This document shows, in pieces, positions 1 through 22,877 of a stretch of 64,000 nucleotides of DNA. Below the pieces are notes generated by a model. It ran no database searches. It was not told the origin of the DNA and saw nothing but the letters and a program-made list of their open reading frames with translations. Within the stretch, counting starts at the first letter, position 1. Every line of letters starts with the position of its first letter. The stretch comes from Salpingoeca rosetta (lineage: Eukaryota; Protista; Choanoflagellata), in the NCBI GenBank assembly GCA_033442325.1, contig JAWQFM010000030.1, forward strand, positions 92,323-156,322, in the 5' to 3' direction. A program made the position numbers and the translations under genes.

Positions 1-717
1 CGTGGACGCTAGCTAATGACCTGCGGGTGGGAGGGACGAACCCCCCAGGCAGATTCGCTGGCTCGTACACGCTCACTCAAGATCACACTAACAGGCAGGT
101 ACGACGGACACGGAAACAATTTATGATGCACACAGCTCGCACACACGCACGCACACACGCACGCACACACGCACGCACACACACACACACACTTTTGCTC
201 ACGCCAACCTCGCCCCCTCTCCACCGTTTCTCCTCTTAGGCCAAGAAGGCAGCCCGCCGTGTCGCTGCAAAACTGCCCACGAAGCGCAAGCACATCTGCA
301 AGGAGTGCGGCAAGGCATTTAACTCCAGCAGCAACCTCTGCAGACACAGGCGCATCCACACAGGTGTGCACACCGTAACCACACATGGCACGCGACAACA
401 CATCCTGCTTTTCGTCTGCGTTTCTTTCTCTATCTGTATCGTGCACACCGTTCGTCAATCAACACAAGCGTCGATCAATATAGTTCGTCAATCAACACAA
501 GCGTCTCGACCCCCCCCCCCCACACACACACACATCCCAACTGTCTTGTCGCTCACCACTGCCATGCCTCCCCCTCCTCTTCCCCAACGTCATCTCAGGC
601 AAGAAGCCGTACGCGTGCACGTTCTGCGGGTTCAAGTTCAACAACAGCAGCAACCGCAAGAAGCACGAGCGCGACTACTGCAAGCAGCGCCCAGAGTTGC
701 AACAAGACGCAAACTAG
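1..717 (+). CDS. C2H2 zinc-finger protein, 3' part (5' end outside window)
   Basis: Exons ..98, ~240-363 (HICKECGKAFNSSSNLCRHRRIHTG) and 599-717 (KKPYACTFCGFKFNNSSNRKKHERDYC...TAG). The TGKKPY linker spans a GT-AG intron. The last finger is C2HC type. Confidence 0.9.
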
Positions 718-1287
718 ACCAGCATAGCCAACCTCTCATTGTTGTCTGTGTGTGCATGTGTGTGGTGTGCGTGTGTGTCGTGTGCGTTCGCACGTGACAT
801 TGCATGTGTGTGTATGTGCACGTATATAGGAGCTGCTTGACACCTTATTGTAACATGGTCGTTCTAACCCTTCGACGATTTCGAACCCCCACCCCCCTTG
901 CATCTGTTTTCGATGCGTGTCTCCGTTTGCGGTTTCAAATGACCACCACGTGACCCCCCTCCCCCGTCTTTCCTCTGGTTCACAATTGTTGTTTGATTGC
1001 TTGCTTGCTTGCCGCGTTCGTAACTGTTTACTTGCACCCTTGATGATCCGCCGTTTTTGCCTTGACTCTCATCTTGCTGCCATAATGGCAACCAATACAC
1101 ATGATGGCGTGTCACATCGCACAGGACACGCACATGCGCACATGTGTGTGTGTGTGTGTCGATAGATAACCAGGCGTTGTACATGAAACGTGTGGATAAG
1201 CAGGAGTTGCACACGTCAACAACAAAACACACAGACACAGACACACACACACACACAGACACAGACACACACACAGACACAGACACA

Positions 1288-1340
<53 letters not shown>

Positions 1341-1389
1341 GCAAAGACACAACCCTCCCTTCCCCTCCCCCCCCCCACACACACACACA

Positions 1390-4292
1390 TCAAGGGCTGA
1401 TGCGGAACTTGAAGAACTCCCACTGCTCCGTGGCCCTAAACGCGTTGAACACATCTTCGTCGGGCGCCCGCAACATAAACGCAACCGCCACGTCACCACC
1501 GGACGCAACGTCCGTTGTCTTCGCGTTGATGAGTTGCCGCCCCTTTTCAAACTTGTAAAACACGGCTCGCGGCAGAAACACGCACTCGCACCCGTCGCTC
1601 ACCAGCGCGTGCGTGTGCGTCCAGTTTGCAATCACGGTGCCACGTGGCAGTGCCTCCGTCGTCACCCACACGCGCTTGACACCACGCACGTGCTCGCTCT
1701 GTCGTTGCAGCATCTGTTCCTCCTCCCGCTGCCGCTGCTCAAGTGCCTCCATCTCGCGTATGTGCATCTCTTCCTGCTCGTACCGCGTCAGCACCCGTCG
1801 TCGCTTCAACGCAGCCGTGGCCGTGGCGGCGGTGCCGTTGCCGTCGTTGGTCTGGCTGTCGTTGGTCTGGCTGTTGTTGTTGTTGCTGCTGTTGTTGCTG
1901 CTGTTGTTGCTGCTGTTGTTGCTGCTGTTATTGCCCTTGTTCTTGTCGGTGTCCTTGCTGTTGCTGGTGGTGCGTTTGCCTGGCTTGCTGCTGCTTCCAA
2001 GGCGTGAAGATGCTGCGGACGACGTCACCCTGTGTCGCGTCGACGATGATGGCGGTGGCGCGGATGGTGGCGCACTTCGCTGCTGTCGGCGCCGTCCTGA
2101 TCCGGATGCTGATGATGAAGATGGTGACGACGGTGTTGTTGTTGTTGTCGTTGGTATTCTTTCTTTTGCTGCTGCTGCTGCTGCCGAGGATGGTGCAGGC
2201 GCGTGACACATGGCTTGGGCTGTACCTGAGGGTGTTGGTCGGGTGTGTATCGGAGGAAACAGACACCGTGCGGCCTTTTGTTCCCCCATCCCAACACTGG
2301 TCTTCTTCTCCTTCTTCTTCTTCCAGTGCAGTGAATGTGGGTGCGACCGTGGTGATGAAGACGATGATGATGATGATGATGATGACGATGATGATGATGA
2401 TGATTGTATTGTCAGTCCCATTGCTGCCTGTACCGTCACTGCCTCTGCTGTAGCTGTTGTTGCTGTTGCATTTGTTGCGTCCGCTCGTCTCGCTCCACCG
2501 TCATAACCACCACCACCACCACCACCATCACCATCGCCACTCCACGTCATAGAGCGCCGAAGCGATGACACCTTTCGCGCCTTCAGCATCACACCACCAC
2601 TGCCACCCCCACCACCACCACCACCACCACCACTGCCGCGGCGGCCTGCACACACACGTGTGTCCACGGGCACCTGAAGGGAGTTGTTTCGTTGCAGGGC
2701 CCTGGATGGCGATGATACTGACGAAGACGATGTCGATGATGGTGTGGTCGACGCCGGTCCTGTTGCTGGCGATGTGGTTGCACATCTCCTCGATTGCGCC
2801 ACAACCGCACCACCACCACCACCACCGCCATCACCACCGCCATCACCAACCTCACCCTCATCACCACCTACGTCCTCGGCACGATCATGGCCACAGCCAC
2901 GACTGCCCACCTCCTCCACTCGCACGTCCGGCACTGCACCAGCACGTGGAAGCACCACCGTTGACGTGAATGCAGTGGCAGACGCACCCCGCACTTGCCC
3001 CATCATCATCCTTTCCTTATCACCCTCATTCCCATTCCTCCCCTCGAAGATCGCTCCTTCTCCCCCAACCACCAACCCCTCCTCCCCCTTCGTCTCCCTA
3101 TGCATGCTGATGTGATCAACTTGTTTCGTGGTACCGTTACCATTCTTGTCCCTCTTCTTGTCCCTCCCCTCTTTCTCCTTCTTTCCCTTCATCATCTTCC
3201 TCACCATCGCCTGCTGCTGCTGCTGCTGCTGTGCGTGGCCACTTCGGAGCGATGATCGTGTCCTCGTTGTTGACGATGGTGATGGTGGCGGTGGCGGTGG
3301 CGGTCGCCTGGATGCTGTGCCTGCAAGCACAAGGTCGCCGCGTGCATTGTTCACGCGAACGGGGAGGGAGCGCAGGAGGTGTGCGACACCACTTGCCACG
3401 ACGACAACAAAGTGCTCAGCCTCGCCTCCGTACATGCCCTTGAATATCACTTCGCCTCGCTTGAACTCACGGCGGTGCGCGTGTGTGAGGAGATCAGCCA
3501 GGTCGCCGTCGGCGCCACGCCGCATACGCGTTGGGCAGCCGAAGCGTGNNNNNNNNNNNNNNNNNNNNNNNNNNNNNNNNNNNNNNNNNNNNNNNNNNNN
3601 NNNNNNNNNNNNNNNNNNNNNNNNNNNNNNNNNNNNNNNNNNNNNNNNNNNNNNNNNNNNNNNNNNNNNNNNNNNNNNNNNNNNNNNNNNNNNNNNNNNN
3701 NNNNNNNNNNNNNNNNNNNNNNNNNNNNNNNNNNNNNNNNNNNNNNNNNNNNNNNNNNNNNNNNNNNNNNNNNNNNNNNNNNNNNNNNNNNNNNNNNNNN
3801 NNNNNNNNNNNNNNNNNNNNNNNNNNNNNNNNNNNNNNNNNNNNNNNNNNNNNNNNNNNNNNNNNNNNNNNNNNNNNNNNNNNNNNNNNNNNNNNNNNNN
3901 NNNNNNNNNNNNNNNNNNNNNNNNNNNNNNNNNNNNNNNNNNNNNNNNNNNNNNNNNNNNNNNNNNNNNNNNNNNNNNNNNNNNNNNNNNNNNNNNNNNN
4001 NNNNNNNNNNNNNNNNNNNNNNNNNNNNNNNNNNNNNNNNNNNNNNNNNNNNNNNNNNNNNNNNNNNNNNNNNNNNNNNNNNNNNNNNNNNNNNNNNNNN
4101 NNNNNNNNNNNNNNNNNNNNNNNNNNNNNNNNNNNNNNNNNNNNNNNNNNNNNNNNNNNNNNNNNNNNNNNNNNNNNNNNNNAAAAGGGGTTGACGTATA
4201 GCGGCGGGGCTGGTGGAGTGTGACACACACACACACACACACGACACACACACACGCACACACACACGCACACACACACGCACACACACACC

Positions 4293-4323
<31 letters not shown>

Positions 4324-4864
4324 ACAAACAGACGCACAGACAGACACACACGCACACACACACATTCTCAACTCACGCGTAAGATCGAAGGTGGCGAGGT
4401 AGCGTGTCTTTGTCTGCATGCTGCGTGCATTGTGATGCAGCTGTGCTTGTTCGAAGCGCAGGTCCAGCAACACCATTCGCACCTGCACCGCAGATGACGG
4501 CACTCGTGAGCGGCAGTGGACCGATGGGGGCAGCACGTGCACATATGAATATGCATCTCCACGTATCTTCACACACACATGCACATACACAGACATACAC
4601 ACTCGCACATACACACACACACACTCACACACACACACACACACACATGCACACACATACACACTCGCACACACACACACTCGCACACACACTCTCTCTC
4701 TCTCGCACATACACGCACATGCACACAGATACACACACACATACACATACACACGCACAGATACACAAACACACACATCGCCCCACCAGTCGGCGAAAGC
4801 GGAAGCGTGGTGGCTCCTTGACCACGGCACGCACGGGGATGGCGTCGTTACCACGCTGGGCCAT
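1390..4864 (-). CDS. Cyclic nucleotide-binding domain protein, CNBD2-like; middle hidden by N gap
   Basis: Exon MAQRGND...RFRFRRL splices to [10 protein letters not shown]...[11 protein letters not shown]. After the gap: [14 protein letters not shown]...[14 protein letters not shown] and LPRGTVI...[16 protein letters not shown] (cNMP barrel). The C-terminal [20 protein letters not shown] resembles CNBD2-family tails (from recall). Confidence 0.65.
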
Positions 4865-5270
4865 GGCTGTCGTCGGTGGTGCGCGCAATGCGCGTCACAT
4901 CAAGCATGGTTTGAAGGTGGCATGCTGGTGCATGGAAGGTGACCAGGGCGGTCGTGGCGATGCCGATCTGGGGCTTGGTTGTGGTGTGCAGTTCCGCATC
5001 CTGTGGTTTGTTGATAAGGAGTTGATCCTTGAAAGTCTTCATGTCAATCCATGAAATGGCGTTTACGTTTTGGAAGCGCAAGAGATGAAGGGAAGAAGCA
5101 CAGGTGCCGACACACAGACACGCGCACACGCACACATATAATACACACACGCACACAGACACACACACGCACACACATACACACACACAGAACAGAACAC
5201 CAAGCAAAGAGCCTAAGCAAATCCCAGCAACACACAACACCAAGCAGACAATGCCCACGCGTGCCGCTTG

Positions 5271-6570
<1,300 letters not shown>

Positions 6571-6655
6571 CTCCGCCTGTCGCCTGTCGTGGATTGCTGT
6601 GGATGGTAAAAGGCTAATTGCCAACTAAGTATAAAGACTTAATTCAGTCTTGGGT
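6571..6655. promoter_or_regulatory. Very short divergent (bidirectional) promoter between MDP1 and the WD40 gene
   Basis: Opposing ATGs at 6570 (-) and 6656/6686 (+). The spacer is AT-richer and contains gtataaag. Confidence 0.5.
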
Positions 6656-7180
6656 ATGAGCAGAGGCAGGACAACCACAACCGCGATGAGCGACATAGAG
6701 GAGGCACACGAGCGGCAGCGGCAGCGGCTGGCGTCGTGGTGGTGGCAGAGACGGATCAGACAGCCGACGCGGACACACAGGCGTGCGTTCCATGCATCCT
6801 TGCTCACATCACTGTTGGAGGACGGCGGCAAGATTGTCTACGAGCGCGATAACCCCCAAGGCTTCTTCAAGGTGCAATCTCTCATCGTGCAAGGTCAGTG
6901 AAAACGAGCAAAAGCTTCGATGCCATGTGTGCTTGTGCGTGCGCGCGTGTGCGCGTGTATGTATTTGTGTGCGTGCGTGTGTATGTATTTGTGTGCGTGT
7001 GTGTATGTGTGTGTGTGTGTTTGTGGCAAACACGTTCAATTTTGACACAATCACCGCTCGCACTTGAACTCATGCATCGCATACTCTCACTCACCCTCAC
7101 TCACCCTCACCCACCCTCACTCACCCTCACTCACCCTCACTCACCCTCACTCACCCTCACTCACCCTCACAAACACACAC

Positions 7181-7236
<56 letters not shown>

Positions 7237-8183
7237 ACTTCCCTAGACTTCACGGTGGTTGCAGGGTATTCGTGTGGGGATGTGTACATGTGGAATGTGC
7301 TGGAGCATGCCCACCAGCTTTCCGATGCCGTGGTGCCAAGACTCAAGCTGAGCGCAGACAAACACATGGCAGCGAGCCTGCGCTGCCAGCTTCGAGCCGT
7401 GTGCAGTGTGCAAGGCCAGGGCGGCGCCACCTTGAGCTGTGCGTGGGGTGCCACGGGCATCAAGATGTTCGACGTGACGGTGCCGCGGTGCATTATTCGT
7501 TCCTGGTCCTGCATGCGCAACCTCCCATGCGTCTGCCACGACGTCCAGCCGGCTGGTCGCTCGCGTCTCATCACCGCACACGAGGACGGCGTGAGGATAT
7601 GGGACCTGCGCACACAATGCCGCAGCGCCGCTGTCACCATTGCCGATGCCGATGGCAGACACATGAAGCGCACGTGCAGCGTCGATGATGACATTGTCGC
7701 TGCCGTCACCGAGCACGGCGGCACCACCTCCCTCCTCCTCTTTGATATCAGGCGATGTGCACCAGCAACAAGGCAACGACGACCGTTTACAGCAACAGGG
7801 TCAGGAACCGTTGCAAGAGTAGCAACAACCACAGGATCTGCATCGTCACAGCAGGTGTTTTCTAGAGGTGGCAGCATGAGACGAAAGCGACCAAAGCTGA
7901 CATCATTACCATCATCATCATCATCATCATCGTCACCATCGTCGTCACCGAGCGCGTCGACGGTGGGTGACATTGGTAACTGCACACTAGCGTCACCACT
8001 ACCATCATCGTCGTCGTCAGCATCACCCGTGGTGGCGGAGTATGCGCTTAACCATGTGACAAAGGCGTGTACACACCTCACCGCGCACAACAAAAGCATC
8101 TACATCACAGCAGGCAGTGTCTTCGAAGTTAATCCATTCACAGGTCCGTGTGTGAACGTTAACACACGTGTGTGTGTGTGTGT

Positions 8184-8237
<54 letters not shown>

Positions 8238-8464
8238 GTGCGTGTCGCTTGTGTGTCTCTCGTGATGGCTGATATGCCCCAACATTGTTCTGTTCACTAT
8301 CGCTTCCTCATTCACCCCCCTCTGCCCCCGCCCCTTTAACGTTACTCTTTGAGTCGACATCAGGTAAAACAGTCCGTGCATTCCGCCACCGCTCATCGTC
8401 GCCTTCACCGCACGACAGCGGACCCGCCTGGCTCTGGCGCCAGCAGGTGCAGTCAGTGTTATGA

Positions 8465-8495
<31 letters not shown>

Positions 8496-8500
8496 GAGAG

Positions 8501-8537
<37 letters not shown>

Positions 8538-8933
8538 TTGTGTGTGTGTAGTTGTGTGTGTATCTTGTGTACCTTGTGTGTGGTGTGCATGTGTGTCTAC
8601 ACATGTGCACATGGTCAAACCTCTCATGTACCGTCACGCTCTGCTTCTCCCCCCCCCCCCACCTCTCTCTTTTCCTTCCTTCCCCCTTCTCCATAGCGGT
8701 TCCTGCGTGCACGCGATGAAGGAAGTGTGGATGTGTTCGACATTGGCGACCACGATGGCACGTGTCGCAGCAAAATGCGTTTGGCGCCGTCAAGCAAACA
8801 CCGACTCGCTTATGCGCCCATTGCACAACTGGCGGTGAACGATGTGGGGTCTGTCATTGCGTTTGCCGAAGCGTACGATAAGAGCGTGTGTGTCATTGGC
8901 GCACCCGGCATGCCAGCCGACGACATCTTGTAG
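6656..8933 (+). CDS. WD40-repeat protein
   Basis: Multi-exon gene with WD-like units VVAGYSCGDVYMWNV, GATGIKMFDV, LITAHEDGVRIWDLR and SLLLFDIRR. Last exon ends ...PADDIL* at 8933. Start is 6656 or 6686. Confidence 0.7.
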
Positions 8934-9239
8934 CGACAGCATGTGTATGCGTGAATGTGTGTGTGCGTCAGTGTGTGTTTGTGTGTGTATGTTGTGTGTG
9001 TGTGCTTGTGTGTGTATATGTGTATGTGTGTATATGTGTGCGTGCGAAAGGCGCTGTATGTACAATGATGTGTGGCATGCACTTTGTCACTCGCTCATCG
9101 TTTCAAAGAAAGGCTACTTGGGCAACCTATGACACAAAACTGGATTTTGTACTCACGTGTCACTCCAACACAGGAATGGCAGCCAAACTCACAGCACGTG
9201 GCACATCCAACACACGAAAACCACAGATGCAAACACACA

Positions 9240-9296
<57 letters not shown>

Positions 9297-9420
9297 TTGA
9301 CGAGATTGGGACGTAACCAGTTTGGTGTTGGAAGGGCGGAACAGGCACAGAACGACAGACCACGATAAAAGCAAACACGTCGAAGGTGGACTGGTGGCGG
9401 GTTGTGCATCACACACACGC

Positions 9421-9498
<78 letters not shown>

Positions 9499-9537
9499 GT
9501 CTGCACGTGTGACCACATCGTCACCATCGTATGAGCA

Positions 9538-10996
9538 TCACTCCTCCTGTCGTGTCATCTGGATCTTGATGCACTTCACGAGCGCATTCCACCCGCGACC
9601 AAGAGGCAGATCCTTCTCCTGTGTGTGTCGATGTGAGTGATGTGCGTTGAGTACTTGTGCATTCTAAAACGCGTTTGCGTATGTGTTTGTGTGTTTCTAT
9701 TGCGCGCGCGTGTGTGCATGTGAACAATCAAGGCCTGCACGCTTTCAACAACATGGCAACAGCACCACAACGATCACTCCACACGACTGCCACCATTATC
9801 CATCGCACACCACCACATCCCATCGCATCCTACCTTGTTGAGACCGCGCGCGTGTGCGTCGCGCATGACCGTCAGGAATTCCGATTCCGCCAACATGCCG
9901 TCCGCTGATGGTGGTGGTGGTGATGGTGGTGATGGTGGTGGTGGTGATGTGTGGTGGATAGTGGTGGCGAGTCGAGTCAGGACCGGCTGTACGAGATACG
10001 ACAGAGGAAGCGGCAATACAACAAAGATATCATCGTCATCAACCACCAACACCACCTTCACCACCATTCACCACTGACCGTCCTTGTCGAACATGTGGAA
10101 GACAAAGTTGATGACGTGATCCGAGAGCTCAACACCAGAGGCGGCGCGGCACGCACGCCGGAACTCATCTGATGCAGTGGTGTCGTGATGGAGAGAGGGG
10201 GGGGGATGGTGGTGGTGGTGATGGGATTGGTGTGATGTGATGGAGTCGTGACGGTGAGGGCGGTGAGGGCTGATGAGAGGAAATGGGGTGGTGAGGGGTG
10301 AGGGGCACGTTAACGCAAACGCACACATAAACATACACATGCACAGACACGGACACATGAACACGTACAGAGTTCAGGCCACCACAACAACACAACCACT
10401 CATCCCACCAACCACCCATCCCATCAATCATCAGTCACATCAATCATCAGTCCCATCAATCACCAACCACGACCCACCCTGGGTGATGCCGGTGCCTGAT
10501 GCGGAGAAGAAGCTCAGCGCCATCGCCAAGTCGTCGATTGCCCGCAGACACGAGAACAGCCCGCACACATCCTCCCACGTGATCTGATGCCGGTGATGGG
10601 ATGGTGGCGGGATTGGTGGCGGGATTGGTGGTGGGGGGGGAGGAACAGTGAGCGGTAAAACAGCAAGCGCGTGCAACAACACATATGTGGATGTTCAAGC
10701 GTGCATTCACCGATGCTTGCATGTGCATGCGTCACTCCACGAACAACAGCCGCAACCAACAACAGCCATAAACGCACCAGCAACACCCTTCCAACCACAT
10801 CCCCTGCAAACACACAAGCAAGAATACACGACGGCACCTGTGATGGGTTGTTGGCCTGCTTGACGCGGTTGAGGTACTGGGCGTAGTCGCGCTGCTTCAG
10901 CCGCGTGTACTTGAGCAGCATCCGAGCAAGATCAAGCTGTCACAGACGATGGCGGAGCAGGGTGATGGATTGATGGTGGTGTTGATGGTAAGCACG

Positions 10997-11060
<64 letters not shown>

Positions 11061-11307
11061 CGCCATCATCACCACCATCGTCACCATCACCACCACCGCA
11101 CCTCGGACATGGTTGGCGACGACGGGTCGGACTTGTGCCGGATGAAGTCGATGTGCAGCACATCCCGCTGCACCCTGATGATGACAACGAGCACAGTGAT
11201 CATGGTGGTGGTTGTCGTCGTCGTCATGAGGTAGTGATGGAACGTGCGATGGCGGTGGTGTGAGCAACGATTATCGTATGTGTGTGCAACAGCCACAACT
11301 ACATCGA

Positions 11308-11350
<43 letters not shown>

Positions 11351-11998
11351 GTCGGCATTGCGCACATTGAACGTGTCACTCACTCCTCAAAGAACTTTTG
11401 GAACTTGTCAATGTCGCACTTGCCCTTGCCTTCCGGCCCAAACAGCTGATGGCGGTGATGATGATGATAAGGATCGTGATGGTGGTGAGGATGGCGATGT
11501 GAGGCAGTTGTGAACGTAGTTGTCCTCTCGGTCATCTTTCCATCTTTCCATCTCACAACACACACACACACACGCACACACACACGCACACACACGCACA
11601 CACGCACACACACGCACACACACACGCACACACACACACAAGCACACACAAGCACACACAAGCACACACACACACACACAAACACACAAGCACGCACCCG
11701 CTGCATAATATGGCTGCGCCGGATGCTGGCTGCGTTGATGGCCGTCTTGTCCATCGTGTGCATGCGTCGACCCGTGGGCGTGCTGCGTTGCACCGCCGCC
11801 TGCACGTTCGCAAACTCGTCCGCGTCAACCGTGCCGTTGCCATCGACATCAAACATCTTGAAGGCGAGGTGGAACTGACGCGGCGGCGCAGCGAGCAGCG
11901 TCAGCAGGAACAGGAACTCCGCATACGATATCAGGCCCGTCGTGTCCGAGCACGCCATCGTGCCTGACAGGGCGGTGGATTGCGTGAACGTGTGTGTG

Positions 11999-12042
<44 letters not shown>

Positions 12043-12760
12043 TGTGTGTGTGAACGTAAGAGGGAACTGCTCGCGCAAACGGGACAAAGAGCACGCTGAC
12101 ACCACGCCGCATGCCATGAAGCAGACTTCAGGCACTCGTCACAACTGCATCAACACACCACGCACCGTCATCGCTGTGGTGGAAGAGGCTGTGCTTGAGG
12201 GATTCCGGTTTCACGACGCCAAAGTCGCTCGATTTGTCCTCAAACAGATCCAGGCCAACCTCTGCGCACATGTGCACGTACACACACACATACATACACA
12301 CATACATACATACATGCATATACCATGCGTACGCACGCAAACATGCCCAAATGGCGAGAAGCACGAAGCCAATGCATGTAAGAGCGAGATGGAGTGCGCT
12401 CAAGAGCAAAATGGATGAATGACGTGACGGGGAGTGTGACATGTGCAGGGGCAGGAGTGACTCACGCCAAATCAGTGCACCGCCACCAATCGTGTCACTG
12501 TCAATACCGTCTACCACCACCACCATCACCATCATCATCATCACCACCGCCACGGCCATCATTGCATCAGCACCACGGCCATCACTGCATCAGCAGCGCA
12601 CCCTTTGGTTGGAGCTCGCCGGGTGTAACCGCGCGGATGAAGTCGCACGAGCGCATGTACACGTCGCCATCAATGCGCACAGACGCAAAGTACCGGAACA
12701 CCTGTGCACATTGGAGGGGGAGAGTAAAGACAGGGAGAGAATGTGTGTGTGTGTGTGTGT

Positions 12761-12791
<31 letters not shown>

Positions 12792-13457
12792 CAGTGTGTG
12801 AGTGTGTGTGTGGGCGTGTGTGTGTGTGTGTGTGTGTGCGTGGGCGTGTGGGCGTGTGTGCTTGGCCGTCCATCTGCCTGCCTGTCGATGACAGTGCAGA
12901 GTCAATGCGTCAAGCACGTCTTTCTCCTTCAGCGTGCATGTCATTTCCGCGTGGACACAACCTTATCCGGTGTAGAGAATGAGCGAATGCGGTCCTCGTA
13001 TCGGGCAATCGTGCGCTCCTTGAAGCTGATGTAGACAGCCGTTGAGACAGACGTGAGTGAGGGGAGAGATGGTTGACCTTCAGCCACAGACACACACACA
13101 CACACGCACACACGCACACACACGCACACACACGCACACACGCACACACGCACACACGCACACACGCACACACGCACATACACACACGTACACACGCACA
13201 TATACACACACACACATATACACACCCTTTGCCCTTCTTCTTCTGATCGACATCGTCTCCATCGTCGCCGCTGCTTCCTGGATCGGCGGCTGCAATAGAC
13301 CTGTCTTCCTCGCACGCCACCGTCTGCCATGACGACGGGGGAAGGGAGGGAGGTTGCATCGGCAGCATGTCAAAATGAACAGCGTGGCAGATGCACCAGG
13401 TACACAGGCGTGGTGTACTTACAACCCCACCACTCACACACACTTACTCACACACAC

Positions 13458-13517
<60 letters not shown>

Positions 13518-13624
13518 ATGCACACACTCGTTCACACGCTTACACACCGCCATTGTCGTTGCTGCGACGGCGAAGCCACCACCAACGATCCCCGCACCAA
13601 GCGCCCATTTGCTGGAGCCGCCAG

Positions 13625-13697
<73 letters not shown>

Positions 13698-13820
13698 TCG
13701 AGGCTGCTGTGCCCTTACTGCGGCAACGAGAACAGGGCGAACCGACGCTGCCACAGCGTTGCCGGCGCTCACGCCTCGAAGCAGCACGAGCGATCGCGCC
13801 CTGACTGCCATTGTCATCAT
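9538..13820 (-). CDS. MICU1: Mitochondrial calcium uptake protein 1 (EF-hand uniporter regulator)
   Basis: About 13 exons. Arg/Ala/Ser-rich presequence; [28 protein letters not shown]; [19 protein letters not shown]; [15 protein letters not shown]...[21 protein letters not shown] (EF1); [29 protein letters not shown] (EF4); ends [11 protein letters not shown]. Confidence 0.93.
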
Positions 13821-14301
13821 CCTTCCGCCTTGGTTCAGCGCAGGGAGGAGTAATGAGAGAGGGGGGGAGTGAGGTTGAGACGGGCAAAGCCAGATACAGG
13901 GCGAGGAAGGTGTGTGTATGTGTATGTGTGTGTGTGTGTGTATGTGAGAGAGGGGGAGGAGGCAGGACCACGAGCGAAGCAAGCCACACAGACACACACA
14001 CACACACATTGCACAAACACAAGCCCAAGCCCAAACACAAACACAAACACACCCTGCCGTATTGGTCTTCTTCTTCTTCCTTCTTCTTCTGTCGTTTTTG
14101 CAGTGAAAAACACGCACACACACACACACGCACACACACACACACGCAGCGACCAACGGATACAGAGGCAACAAGACGACGACACGTACGCAAGGACGAA
14201 GTACAACAGCAAGCAGCCAAAAGAAGCAAAGCACGAGCAGGAGCAGAAGCAGAAGCAGGTGGATACTGTGGGCACGTTACACGTAGCAGCAACAGTGCAA
14301 G

Positions 14302-22355
<8,054 letters not shown>

Positions 22356-22596
22356 ACGCGCTACTTCCATGGTCACCCAAGCGAGCGAGAGAGTGGGTGT
22401 TTCCAAGGAGAAGAAGGCGAAGAAGAAGAAGGACAAGAGTAGCAGACATGTACCCATTCATCCCCCCCCACCTCCTCATCGTTCCTTGTTCGGTTTTGTT
22501 TTGTTTCGCTTCTGTGCTTCTCCGTGTTTCGCTTCTGTGCTTCCTTGTGTGCGTTTCCATTGAACAGACATGCACGGTGTGTCATGGAAGAGGGAT

Positions 22597-22784
<188 letters not shown>

Positions 22785-22877
22785 AGATGGCGTTGGGAGG
22801 TATTGAACAACACCACAAGCCGCAGCGGAACGTGAGCTCTTCCCGCCAATTTGAACACCCACACCACTGCCACGAAG

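Noticed and set aside
3549-4182. Long ORFs spanning N runs (also 27811-27910 and 31429-31662)
   Set aside because: Assembly gaps; reading frames across them are meaningless.
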